A stretch of DNA of 64,000 nt from Candidatus Delongbacteria bacterium (GTDB lineage: Bacteria; CAIWAD01). Position numbers and translations under genes: made by a program. The notes beneath the pieces were generated by a model, which was given only the letters and a program-made list of their open reading frames with translations, was not told the DNA's origin and did not search any database. Of the stretch, positions 10,985 to 21,735 are shown piece after piece. Numbering within the stretch: the first letter of the stretch is position 1; each line of letters begins with the position of its first letter. The DNA lies in the NCBI GenBank assembly GCA_963663545.1, contig OY760505.1:3616001-3680000 (forward strand). Reading direction: 5' to 3'.

Positions 10985-11737
10985 TTACAAGGAAATTATC
11001 ATCCCGTCGTTAGCCAAATCAAAATCTATCTTTTCAGCATGGGCCATTAACTCGGCGCCATAATGTGTCAGCACGACTCGCTTAGCCTGGAGCTCATTTC
11101 GATGTTCTTGCAGGATTTCATAAGCCAGATGTACTTTGGAAGCAGAGCTTTTTCGGTAATAAACACACTCGATCACCAGTAAATCTGCGTTTTTTGCCAG
11201 CATGGCCACTTCTGGAGTCCAGCCAGTATCGCCGGTGACAGCAATGACTTTGTCGTGTAAGCGCAAACGATAGCCTAGAGATTCTTTGCGATGGAGCATC
11301 GGCAAGGTGGCTATCTCGATATTCCCAGGCAAAAGATATTGTTGTTGGGGAAGATATTCGTGGAACTCACGTAGTAGTTGATATTCTGGATAAAATTCAC
11401 TATAGCAAGCCGCGTAGGCGCGGGAAAATTGTTGTTCTAACCCGCGTGGTCCGCAATAAAACATCGGTCTTTCACGTTTATACTCTAAAACGAATGCCAA
11501 ATCCAGAAAGACAACGCCAATAAAGTGGTCACCGTGAAAATGAGTAAACACTACCGCATCCAGGTCATCGGGATTCAACCCTTGTTGCAGGATACGATAA
11601 AGAGTAGTCGGGCCACAATCGATCAGGATATTGTTCTGACCGCTTTTTAGCCAGATCGCCTGGCTGGCCCTGGCTCCGGTGTTGGCCGCATCTCCGGTTC
11701 CCAACAGGATAATTTCTACATCAGCCATATCAGGCAA
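10985..11737 (-). CDS. Metallo-beta-lactamase fold hydrolase (RNase Z-like)
   Basis: LGTG, LIDCG, THFHGDH, TGDT, LVIEC, LTH. Confidence 0.9.
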   Translation of the reverse strand: MPDMADVEIILLGTGDAANTGARASQAIWLKSGQNNILIDCGPTTLYRILQQGLNPDDLDAVVFTHFHGDHFIGVVFLDLAFVLEYKRERPMFYCGPRGLEQQFSRAYAACYSEFYPEYQLLREFHEYLPQQQYLLPGNIEIATLPMLHRKESLGYRLRLHDKVIAVTGDTGWTPEVAMLAKNADLLVIECVYYRKSSASKVHLAYEILQEHRNELQAKRVVLTHYGAELMAHAEKIDFDLANDGMIISL

Positions 11738-13118
11738 TCACCTCCTGCTCTTTTTTGAAGCGTCCGGCCAGAGCGCGGAGTAAGGCCAGTTGTAACACCA
11801 GGTACAGTGTTTTTTCGAGTGGGTAGGGCGCCAACATTTGATAGTAATGCAATACCAGAGTTTTCCACTGCCAGAGGTGGGACGAGAGAATACATAGTTG
11901 AAAAGGGATTTCCATAGAAAAATGGATGAGCGACAAACATAGCATACCGGTTGCGGCGAACAGTCCACATAGCATACCTCGGTATTTAGTCAATTTGGCC
12001 AGGAGATAAAGAATTGCCCATCCCCAGATAAACAGCGGCAGCAATTTTATCAGCAAATCCGCGCCTAACGCCAGTACCATGCTGCGCATATCTTTGGCCA
12101 ATCCCCATTGATAAGGTTTATAGCCAAACGTATCTGGTAATAATGCTGCGGCAAGGGGTTTGCTGACAGTTTTTTGAGATTGAACCATGGCCGCTGCTGG
12201 CGGCTGTTTTTCTAGAGAAGGTGGCTGCTTTTCTGCTGGCCGGGCTACGACCGCCGGTTGTTTTTCGCCTGGTTGCGGCGGCCTCTCGCCCGGCTGAGCT
12301 AAGACCGGCGGTTGTTTCTCGTCCGGCGGTGGCGGTTTCTCGCCCGGCTGTGGCGGTTTCTCGCCCGGCTGGGCTACGACCGGCGGTTGTTTCTCGCCCG
12401 GCGGTGGCGGTTTTTCGCCCGGCGGTGGCGGTTTCTCGCCCGGCTGGACTACGACCGGCGGTTGTTTCTCCCCCGACTGCTGCGGTTGTTTATCTTCGGG
12501 CCGGGTAGAGCCGGTTGCCGCAGCTTCGGTAAAAATTCGCGTTTCAGCTGCCAAAGGCATTTTGAGCGGCGGCAAGTAACCTTGCGCCGTTAACGACAAG
12601 CGCAATGCCTCGGCATCGATAACGCCTAAAGCGTATTTGACGTGCCGGACCAGAGGATAGTATCCTACTTTGGTGTCAAGCTTATGATAGATTATCTTGC
12701 CCTGACGATCGCCAATAAAAATTGCCGGCGCCCTGGGAATAGCGAATTTTTTGAGAGCTAGACGATCGCGATCAAGATATAACGGAAACGCTAGCGAATT
12801 TTTTTGTTTGAACTCGGCTAGCAGGGCAGCAGGCATCGGCTCCAGATCAGAATAAGCGGCAATTATTTGTAAGTCGGAGCCACGAAAACTATAGGCGATT
12901 TTATTCAAAAGCTGAAAAACGTCGGAATTGTTGTGGCTGGCCGCGTCGAAAAACAACAATATTTTGGCGCCAGGTCCGGAAACAGGGTATACGGACCCGG
13001 CCATCGTCGTCAGGGTAAGCTCGGGAAAATCGCTTACCTGTGCCTGGGCTATTGGTATCCACAAAAGAAAACCAATTAGCAGTACGCCAATAAATCTGCG
13101 TATGCGATTTATTTCCAT
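11730..13118 (-). CDS. Redoxin-like domain protein with Pro-rich linker and C-terminal membrane segments
   Basis: Signal peptide; FPLYLD...KKFAI...PAIFIGDRQGKIIY thioredoxin-like strands, no CxxC; PGEKPP repeats. Confidence 0.6.
   Translation of the reverse strand: MEINRIRRFIGVLLIGFLLWIPIAQAQVSDFPELTLTTMAGSVYPVSGPGAKILLFFDAASHNNSDVFQLLNKIAYSFRGSDLQIIAAYSDLEPMPAALLAEFKQKNSLAFPLYLDRDRLALKKFAIPRAPAIFIGDRQGKIIYHKLDTKVGYYPLVRHVKYALGVIDAEALRLSLTAQGYLPPLKMPLAAETRIFTEAAATGSTRPEDKQPQQSGEKQPPVVVQPGEKPPPPGEKPPPPGEKQPPVVAQPGEKPPQPGEKPPPPDEKQPPVLAQPGERPPQPGEKQPAVVARPAEKQPPSLEKQPPAAAMVQSQKTVSKPLAAALLPDTFGYKPYQWGLAKDMRSMVLALGADLLIKLLPLFIWGWAILYLLAKLTKYRGMLCGLFAATGMLCLSLIHFSMEIPFQLCILSSHLWQWKTLVLHYYQMLAPYPLEKTLYLVLQLALLRALAGRFKKEQEVIA
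12200..12480 (-). repeat. Intragenic degenerate tandem repeat encoding (P/Q)PGEK(P/Q)P units
   Basis: Recurring ggcggtttctcgcccggc in 21-33 nt periods. Confidence 0.85.
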
Positions 13119-13270
13119 AATAATACTCCCAGCAAAAAAGCTGATGGCAAGGTGACGAAACTCGGTAGAGCTTTTCTAACTGTTTTTACAGGAATAGCTT
13201 TGCAATGTGACATTGTCCAATTATAAACTATTTGCTAATGAAATCAAGTGATTTTATTGACGATAGATGC

Positions 13271-13588
13271 TGAGGAGCCGGAAAGAAATAACTTACCCAT
13301 AGTTTGCCCTTTTGCTCCCTGGCCGCGTCGCTCCTCAATTACAGAACTAAGGCTATGCGCATTCGTCGCTCCCTGCCAGGAAACAAAATTGCTGAGGAGC
13401 CGGAAAGAAATAGCTTACCCATTTGGTTTGCCCTTTTGCTCCCTGGCCGCGTCGCTCCTCAATTACAGAACTAAGGCTATGCGCATTCGTCGCTCCTTGC
13501 CAGGAAACAAAATTGCTAAACCAACTGACCAAGTTATTTCTTTCCGGCTCCTAAACCAACTGACCAAGTTATTTTTTTCCGGCTCCTG
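13271..13588 (+). repeat. Family A repeats in tandem (two cores plus duplicated tail)
   Basis: Direct match to family A. Confidence 0.85.
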
Positions 13589-13614
13589 ATGCTATTGATG
13601 CGGATAACCGACGG

Positions 13615-15156
13615 TTATTTTTTTCGGCAAAAGCGGCTAATGATATCAGCAACGATCTGATGGCCGGGCGGGGTCCAATGTTGATCATAAGTAAAATATA
13701 CTTGTGTGCCTAGCGCTGCACTTTCGCGCAGCGGCTGGATCAGGCTGACGAATTCGATGCCCTGCTGTTTACACAAATCCGCCAGTGCTTGTTCCTGGCC
13801 ATCTAGATAGCGAAACAGCCCGGCAAAAAAAACTTCAGCCTCCGGGATATGGCTTTTGCGTAGAGCAACAAAATCGTGCAATTTGGGCGCAGATAGTCGC
13901 TGTTTCACCAACGGCAGCACCACCCTGGTTTTGGTTGGCGCATAAACCACAAGCAACCGCCGGTTATCAGCGCGGCAAAGCTGGTGTAAATGTGAGAGCA
14001 CAGAAGTACAGGCATGATAACTGGGGGTTTTCAAAAAATCATCCCGGGAAAGATAAAGAGTATGCACGCGCTTGGGTGGAAAACTATAGTAACTGACTTT
14101 TGCGCCAGTACCTACCGCAATAGGAAGCCAGGATAAACTGGGCATACGTGTGCTGTAATCAATAGCATTGATCGGTGCCAGATATTTAATAAAAGCGTTT
14201 TTAAAGATGATCACTAACGGCGAAGTTTTATAATAGGCCCGAAATCTATCGGCAAAGGAGGTGTCTTGTTGTTCGAGCAAATGCATCCGGTTTTGTTTAG
14301 GCACTGGCGCGGCTTTTTGGGCTGGTGCTTTCGCTTTACCAGCGAAGTTATCTTTCTTTGCCGGCGGCGGTGCTTTTGCTGGTGATGCAACCGGCGCGTT
14401 TTTGTTAGGGCTTTCAACCTCACCCAGGTCCGGAATGGCGGTAATACGGAAATCGTTGCCTTCATAAATCATGCAAATCACGATTCGGGAAGCGATATTT
14501 TTGCCGATGGTTTGATAGGTCCGTAGATAATCGAGCAGGTCGGTTCCGGACATCCCGAGGTTATAGACCTGCAATTTGCTTTTTTTAGCTAGCAGTGTTG
14601 GCCAGCATTGTTCATCCGATACATGAGATCCCTCCGCAAAAGAATCGCCCAAAACCAAAATGTCACATTTAGTTAGGGCTTGCTGATTGCGAAACCCTCT
14701 AGCGTCGATGCTCAGCTTACATTGGAGCGGCGGATATCCAGGCGGGATATTGCGATAGGAATTTGCCGCCTCGGGAATGTCCCTAACGGTAACCTGGTAT
14801 CCTTTTCCGGGAATACGATGATAAACCTTTTGGGTAGAAATATAGCGCGGCACCCAAACAAAGCGGGCGATGAAATCGACCGCAGGCAAACCGGACAGCA
14901 GAATCGTCAATAATAGCACGATGCGCAAACATCGCTGTTTAAAATTTTCTCGAGCGGCGGCGAGTAAATAAATTGCCATAAGCGACAACGGAATCAATAC
15001 GATGATAAGAGTAAGTCGCTCTACCGAATAACGTCCCATTAAAATATGGCGATCTCGGGCAATTAGTTTGGCTACGTTACTGGGAATCAACCATAACAAT
15101 AAATTTACCAGCACCACCAGGCCGATCAGGACGCGCTTGATATTTTTTGCTCGCAA
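13615..15156 (-). CDS. Membrane-anchored SGNH hydrolase / AlgX-AlgJ-like protein
   Basis: LGDSFAEG, YNLGMSG, YEGND, YFTYDQHWTPPGH. Confidence 0.8.
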   Translation of the reverse strand: MRAKNIKRVLIGLVVLVNLLLWLIPSNVAKLIARDRHILMGRYSVERLTLIIVLIPLSLMAIYLLAAARENFKQRCLRIVLLLTILLSGLPAVDFIARFVWVPRYISTQKVYHRIPGKGYQVTVRDIPEAANSYRNIPPGYPPLQCKLSIDARGFRNQQALTKCDILVLGDSFAEGSHVSDEQCWPTLLAKKSKLQVYNLGMSGTDLLDYLRTYQTIGKNIASRIVICMIYEGNDFRITAIPDLGEVESPNKNAPVASPAKAPPPAKKDNFAGKAKAPAQKAAPVPKQNRMHLLEQQDTSFADRFRAYYKTSPLVIIFKNAFIKYLAPINAIDYSTRMPSLSWLPIAVGTGAKVSYYSFPPKRVHTLYLSRDDFLKTPSYHACTSVLSHLHQLCRADNRRLLVVYAPTKTRVVLPLVKQRLSAPKLHDFVALRKSHIPEAEVFFAGLFRYLDGQEQALADLCKQQGIEFVSLIQPLRESAALGTQVYFTYDQHWTPPGHQIVADIISRFCRKK

Positions 15157-15364
15157 GATAGATCTCCTTTTAAAAACAGAAAAATTTACTATGCAGTTCC
15201 CTGATTGCCGGCAATCAAGGTTATGCAGCCCATACTATCTTAGTATCCTAATTATTTTGACAATGTCAAGACCAAGAAGCCAGTGCGTCAGTTTATAACC
15301 TCGGGCAGTGCCGAAGAAGAGGTGCCAGATAAAAGCGTGTTTTGTCCCGAGATAGCACCGGCAT

Positions 15365-16879
15365 AATAAATAAATGGTGCCAGGCATTAAATAAATGGTG
15401 CCAGGCATCATCAATGTCAATAAATAAATGGTGCCAGGCATCATCAATGTCAAGACCAAGAAGCCAGTGCGTCAGTTTATAACCTCGGGCAGTGCCGAAG
15501 AAGAGGTGCCAGATAAAAGCGTGTTTTGTCCCGAGATAGCACCGGCATCAAAGTTACCGGGTTAAAAATGGTAAAAATGGTGCCAGGCATCATCCTAATA
15601 AATAAATGGTGCCAGGCATCATTAAAATAAAAGGTGCCAGGCATCATTAAAATAAAAGGTGCCAGGCGTCATCCTCATTTCAAAAAATAAAAGGTGCCAG
15701 GCATCATCCTCATTTCAGAACACTTAGAAAAAAAATTTTGCAAAATGCGAAAAAAATGGCCATTTTTGCCCAGACAAATCGCTATCTTGTCCAACCGTCG
15801 GTTATAATGGGAAATTATTTTTGACTATTCCATTAATTCCATTACTCTATTAGTGAGATTTCATTATTATGAGACCCCCAAGAATAAGCTTCGCCGGTGG
15901 AGTTTACCATGTAGTTATTCGTTGCAATAACCGCGAGTATGGATTCAAGGGCAATGATGATTTTGCCCTATACCTGAGAATCCTATTAGAGGCAAAAAAG
16001 CAATATCCCGTAAAAGTCTATGCTTACTGTCTAACGCACAACCACGTACATTTGCTGGTTGCCACCCCCGATAAAGACAATCTATCCGATTTCATGCGTC
16101 ACCTCAACGGAAACTTCGCCAAAGCTTACAACAAAAGACATGGCCGAACCGGTCACTTTTGGGGTGAGCGTTTTTTCAGCACCGTGATCGAAACCAGCTC
16201 ACAGTTTTTCAAGACCGTAGCCTACATCGAGCTAAACATGCTGCGCAACAAAGCAGTAGACAGCCCGGAAAAATGGCGCTGGAGCAGCTATAATGCTCAT
16301 GCCTACGGCCATGAAGATCAGGTTCTAGATTTCCATAAGATGTATTTAGAGCTAGGCCAGACTCCCCAAGAACGGCAACAGACCTACCGCGAAATAATCG
16401 CTGACCACATTGCCAAACAGGGGCTACAAAAAGATCCAGCGATTTCTGCCGGAATTATCACCGGCAGCATTGCTTTTGTTCAGGGCCTCCTAGAAAAATT
16501 AGGCGAGCGCCTTTCCTATTACCACAATCGCAAGATATATGCTTGGGGTGAACACGTTTCCATAAGACGCAACGATTTCCCCGTGTAATACGCTTTCGCT
16601 TTTATCTGCTACTGTTTGCTTTTCTCTACTACAACCATACTCTGTCTACATTTCGCCATTTTTTGTATTTTAATGCCGTTTTTAGTCTTCTGCTGGACTC
16701 CTATCCAAATTTCTGCAAATCTAATCCGTATTTTATCCGAATATTAACCTTTTTGTTGCCATATCTGACATCATTGTAAGCTTTTTTTTGCTCCGATGCC
16801 TGGCACCATTGCTCCGACATTATTGCTCCGACTGGTAATCGCCGGTATAGCTTCGATGCCTGGCACCATTGCTCCGATG
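15365..16879 (+). mobile_element. RAYT-like element copy 1 with amplified left and right end arrays
   Basis: Transposase flanked by 8 left-end units (ggtgccaggcatc) and inverted right-end units (gatgcctggcaccattgctcc). Confidence 0.85.
15869..16588 (+). CDS. REP-associated tyrosine transposase-like HUH-Y1 protein (IS200/IS605 superfamily)
   Basis: YHVVIRCNNR, AYCLTHNHVHLL (HUH), YNKRHGRTGHFWGERF, YIELN (catalytic Tyr), WRWSSY. Confidence 0.93.
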   Translation: MRPPRISFAGGVYHVVIRCNNREYGFKGNDDFALYLRILLEAKKQYPVKVYAYCLTHNHVHLLVATPDKDNLSDFMRHLNGNFAKAYNKRHGRTGHFWGERFFSTVIETSSQFFKTVAYIELNMLRNKAVDSPEKWRWSSYNAHAYGHEDQVLDFHKMYLELGQTPQERQQTYREIIADHIAKQGLQKDPAISAGIITGSIAFVQGLLEKLGERLSYYHNRKIYAWGEHVSIRRNDFPV

Positions 16880-17409
16880 AAGACTCCGGGTTCGCGTAAG
16901 GCGATGGTCATGAAGGCACTCCGTTAATCGCTGTTTTTTTGCGTTGCTTTTCGTTGACGATCTCGATGCAGCGAACGATGGTGTTGGCCAGGTATTCGAC
17001 ATCCTTGCGCAAGATCGGCTCGCCACGCCGATTTTGTTTGAGTTCGGTCCGCCTGGTCCGATAAAGAATTAAGAACAATACCTGATAATCAAAGATACTT
17101 TAATCCGGCTACAGTTACAAAAAAAATTTCAGATTAGTGTCCGATCACAAATGATATTGAATAGCTTGTTGTCGTCCCTAATGATAAAATCACGAATTAC
17201 ACGAATAGACGAATTACATGAATGAAAGTAAAGATAAGGAGGCTTATTTCAAAGTTAGGGGAGGCTAAAAAATAGCATTCTTCAACCAAAAGCCAAATAG
17301 AACCACGGATAGACACGGGTAGACACCGATGGTTCATAAGGCAATCAGTTTTCATTCGAGTTTTCTCCGGGTGGCTGGCATGAGTATTATGCCGAATTAT
17401 TGTCAATTA

Positions 17410-17824
17410 TTCGACCTGTACGGTTAGATTATTCGTAGCCACAACCGTGGTCGTGACCGTTTGGTAATCGTAACCGACATGCGTGTTAAGCTAAGCCGCA
17501 AACCGGTTTGAAAGGCTATAACCAGCATGCTCGCATTGAGGTTCGTAGTGGGCGATTTATCGCCTCTTCCTTTTTTTTAGATAGTAAGAGGCGCTAACGC
17601 GCCCACTACTAACGAGTTATAACCAGCATGCTCGCATTGAGGTTAGTAGTGGGCGATTTATCGCCTGTAACAGATGATAAAGAAGACTTTCGTCTACACA
17701 CGCTCACGGAGTGCGAATTTTTAATGAGACAATCTGCCCCCTTATCATTACCGTAACTCCTGTGCCGTCATGTCCACGATGGCTGGCAATCAGGGTAGAA
17801 TTATCCTCAACCGTACAGGTCGAA
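17410..17824. mobile_element. Non-autonomous element bounded by 16-bp perfect inverted repeats
   Basis: ttcgacctgtacggtt (17410-17425) and aaccgtacaggtcgaa (17809-17824); no ORF inside. Confidence 0.65.
17545..17665. repeat. GTAG-type REP sequences (inverted doublet plus third copy)
   Basis: GTAGtgggcgatttatcgcc at 17545 and 17646; inverted variant at 17590-17609. Confidence 0.7.
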
Positions 17825-18035
17825 ATTTTTTATCCTGTCCATCCTGTTGATCCTGTCTAAAATTCTTCGGCATTTTGTCGGTTCAACATCTTATGGGATT
17901 ACACCCGATAATTTTTTTATTGCAGTAATCAGCAAAAAAGATTATAATTACAGGAAAGTGTGGAGGCAGGTAGTAACAGAAAAAAGTGCTGTTCTCGGAT
18001 GAGAACATGCACACAAAAATTAAGGAGGAGATAAT

Positions 18036-19892
18036 ATGAAATCTCGAGCGCAAAAGCAAGCGCAAAATAAAATCAAAACGGCGTCAGCAAGCAAATCAGC
18101 CAAAGCGCCGCTGCAAATTCAACAAGAATTCGATTTTGAGAGCGCCGAAGGTGAGCCGCAAAATAAAGCAATTTATTACGGCGAATTGGAGATTATTCCC
18201 ACAATCGGCGGAGATTGCTATATTTTGGACGATTGCCGCTGTGTGATGAGCGAGAGAGGCTTTGCCAGGCTTCTGAGAATCTCCCATATCGCCCTAAGGG
18301 GCATGTTAGGAAACTGGCCGCCAAAAACGCTGGAACCCTTTTGTAATAAGGCCTTGACCGTTATAACTACTTTGGCCGAAGTGACCGCAAAAAACTGTCC
18401 GTACAAAGGTCGTAAGATAGTGGTCTATGATGTCCCGCTTATGGAGGAAATCATCCGCACCTATGCCCTGGCCTATGCCAATGGCTGTCTGCGGCGCAAT
18501 CAGCTTCATCTGGGTGAAACCTGCGCCGATTTGCTGAAGGCACTGATCAAAACGTCGCTGTCAATGCGCATCGAATTGTCGTGCGGCTTGCAGCCGTGCC
18601 CGCAACAAGTGGTCAGGCGCTGCCATTGGGACACCATCTACCAGAGAGCCAGGAACCTGATGTATGCAGCGCTCAAACTGGCCTATCCTTATCGCAACAG
18701 GAAGAAATATCGTGGCTTGATGTCCAATTCCTTTGGCTATGTCTACAAGGCGTTTCTGGGCAAGAAACTGTATAAGGAGATCCAACAGAAACGCGACAAA
18801 AGGTTTGCGATACATCAATACATCGAAGACAATGTGCTTCGGCGTCGTTGCGTAGGCTATACCTTGATGCTGGCCAACGTGATCGCCGGCGACCACTGTC
18901 GTATCACTGCAGCCAAAGAACCAGGGTGGGCTGCGGTGCAAAAATTGATTGCCGTGCAAACTCCGGGACTGGTAGCGATTTCGGGCAAGCAGCAGTCGGA
19001 GTTGATAAATGCAGCGGGGCAGCTAGAGGAGATGCGGGCGGTATATTATGGCCAGGTAAATATCGCCGGCAAAAGCGGCGATGGCTATATCTTGCAGGAC
19101 GGGGTCGTTGGGCTTAGCGAGAATGCCCTGGCTATATTTATGGGGATGAGCCAGGTGGCATTGTTCATGATCGGTAAAAACGGGCTTCCGCAAAAGCTGC
19201 GCCAGTTCCTGGAGCCGGAAGAGCAGATCAAGCCGCTGCTAGTGAAGGTCGTCGCCGCCAACAGCCCCCATCGCGGGCGCTATATCAACTTTTACCCGGT
19301 GGCCGATGTCGAGATGTTGCTGCGAGCTTATGCCTTTGCTTTTTTGAGCGGCAAACTGTAAAAGAACCAGCGCCAAATCGGCAGCACCTGCCTGCAACTG
19401 GTGATTCACCTGGCGCGTTGGGCTTTCGAGGTGGTAATACTGAATGCCTGTGGGGTGGGAGTTAAGCGCTGGGAGACAATGCAGCGGGAATTTCGCAAAG
19501 GTTTGCTGGAGGAAGAGCACCATTTTTTGCTCGGAGCCGTGGCCATCGCCTATCCGAAATTGTCGCAGGAGAAACGCCACGCCATAGTGGCCTCGGCTTT
19601 TCGCTTTGGCTATAAGGATGTGCTTGACAACGAGGAACGGAACCGGCTTAACGGTAAAAGCAGCCCACTGCATCAACATATCGAGGCCGCAGAGACCCGT
19701 AACAAGCTGAGCCGGTATCTGTTGGTGATTGCCGGACAAATGGTTCTTGGCTCCGGCCTTAGACTAGCCCGGCAGCGAACGCGAATCATCAGTGATGACA
19801 TGGAAGAGGCGTTGAAGCAGCCGGTGGCACCGGATGACGAAGAGGAAGAGCAGCAAGCTGACAACGGGAACGAGCAAAAGCAGCAGCAATAG
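18036..19892 (+). pseudogene. Protein with two P63C-associated/antirepressor-like modules, split by one in-frame TAA
   Basis: YYGELEI...DCYILDD.RCVMSERG and YYGQVNI...DGYILQDG...LSE; TAA at 19359-19361 is followed in frame by KNQRQIGSTC, aligning with RNQLHLGETC of module 1. Confidence 0.65.
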
Positions 19893-20003
19893 AACTGGTT
19901 TCTTGGTGTTGAATTTGCCGCAGACACCTTAAGCACTTCATCTACCACAACGATGCCGGGGGTATTTCAAAGTTGGGGGAGGCTAAAAAATAGCATTCTT
20001 CAA

Positions 20004-21594
20004 AATGGTGCCAGGCATCATCCTAATAAATCATAAATGGTGCCAGGCATCATCCTAATTAACCTCGGGCAGTGCCGAAGAAGAGGTGCCAGATAAAAGC
20101 GTGTTTTGTCCCGAGATAGCACCGGCATCAAAGTTACCGGGTTAAAAATGGTGCCAGGCATCATCCTAATCATCCTAATAAATCATAAATGGTGCCAGGC
20201 ATCATCCTAATTAACCTCGGGCAATGCCGAAGAAGAGGTGCCAGATAAAAGCGTGTTTTGTCCCGAGATAGCACCGGCATCAAAGTTACCGGGTTAAAAA
20301 AGGTGCCAGGCATCATCCTCATTTCAAAAATAAAAGGTGCCAGGCATCATCCTCATTTCAGAACACTTAGAAAAAAAATTTTGCAAAATGCGAAAAAAAT
20401 GGCCATTTTTGCCCAGACAAATCGCTATCTTGTCCAACCGTCGGTTATAATGGGAAATTATTTTTGACTATTCCATTAATTCCATTACTCTATTAGTGAG
20501 ATTCCATTATTATGAGACCCCCAAGAATAAGCTTCGCCGGCGGAGTTTACCATGTAGTTATTCGTTGCAATAACCGCGAGTATGGATTCAAGGGCAATGA
20601 TGATTTTGCCCTATACCTGAGAATCCTATTAGAGGCAAAAAAGCAATATCCCGTAAAAGTCTATGCTTACTGTCTAACGCACAACCACGTACATTTGCTG
20701 GTTGCCACCCCCGATAAAGACAACCTATCCGATTTCATGCGTCACCTCAACGGAAACTTCGCCAAAGCTTACAACAAAAGACATGGCCGAACCGGTCACT
20801 TTTGGGGTGAGCGTTTTTTCAGCACCGTGATCGAGACCAGCTCACAGTTTTTCAAGACCGTAGCCTACATTGAGCTAAACATGCTGCGCAACAGAGCAGT
20901 AGACAGCCCGGAAAAATGGCGCTGGAGCAGCTATAATGCTCATGCCTACGGCCATGAAGATCAGGTTCTAGATTTCCATAAGATGTATTTAGAGCTAGGC
21001 CAGACTCCCCAAGAACGGCAACAGACCTACCGCGAAATAATCGCTGACCACATTGCCAAACAGGGGCTACAAAAAGATCCAGCGATTTCTGCCGGAATTA
21101 TCACCGGCAGCATTGCTTTTGTTCAGGGCCTCCTAGAAAAATTAGGCGAGCGCCTTTCCTATTACCACAATCGCAAGATATATGCTTGGGGTGAACACGT
21201 TTCCATAAGACGCAACGATTTCCCCGTGTAATACGCTTTCGCTTTTATCTGCTACTGTTTGCTTTTCTCTACTACAACCATACTCTGTCTACATTTCGCC
21301 ATTTTTTGTATTTTAATGCCGTTTTTAGTCTTCTGCTGGACTCCTATCCAAATTTCTGCAAATCTAATCCGTATTTTATCCGAATACTAACCTTTTTGTT
21401 GCCATATCTGACATCATTGTAAGCTTTTTTTTGCTCCGATGCCTGGCACCATTGCTCCGATGCCTGGCACCATTGCTCATTGCTCATGCCTGGCACCATT
21501 GCTCCGACACCATTTCTTTTCCTGGCACCATTGCTCCGATGCCTGGCACCATTGCTCATTGCTCATGCCTGGCACCATTGCTCCGACACCATTT
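20004..21594 (+). mobile_element. RAYT-like element copy 2 with amplified end arrays
   Basis: About 7 substitutions versus copy 1 over ~1.1 kb; 6 left-end units and a differently arranged right array. Confidence 0.85.
20512..21231 (+). CDS. RAYT-like HUH-Y1 transposase, second copy
   Basis: Identical to 15869..16588 protein except one K/R change. Confidence 0.93.
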   Translation: MRPPRISFAGGVYHVVIRCNNREYGFKGNDDFALYLRILLEAKKQYPVKVYAYCLTHNHVHLLVATPDKDNLSDFMRHLNGNFAKAYNKRHGRTGHFWGERFFSTVIETSSQFFKTVAYIELNMLRNRAVDSPEKWRWSSYNAHAYGHEDQVLDFHKMYLELGQTPQERQQTYREIIADHIAKQGLQKDPAISAGIITGSIAFVQGLLEKLGERLSYYHNRKIYAWGEHVSIRRNDFPV

Positions 21595-21648
21595 CTTTTA
21601 AGCAAATAATTTGCTCGACCATCGAATCATCGACCATAGTCCATCGTT

Positions 21649-21735
21649 TCCGAACGTGTCGCATAACCGACGTTGTAAAGCAGCGTCGCTTAGCTCTGCT
21701 GCTTTACAACGTTCAAGTTGACGCGGTTATTAGGC
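21649..21735 (-). other. Integron attC-like site (degenerate)
   Basis: Minus strand: GCCTAAT-aaccg-CGTCAAC...acgttgtaaagcagc/gctgctttacaacgt stem...GTTATGCG-acac-GTTCGGA. Confidence 0.55.

Noticed and set aside
13248..13589. ORFs reading through repeats (also 628-882, 29208-29456, 34947-35210, 60053-60259, 63390-63797)
   Set aside because: Translations of MITE or array DNA with no independent coding evidence
19359..19361. Programmed readthrough or alternative genetic code
   Set aside because: TAA is used as a normal stop throughout the window; a single nonsense change or base error is simpler
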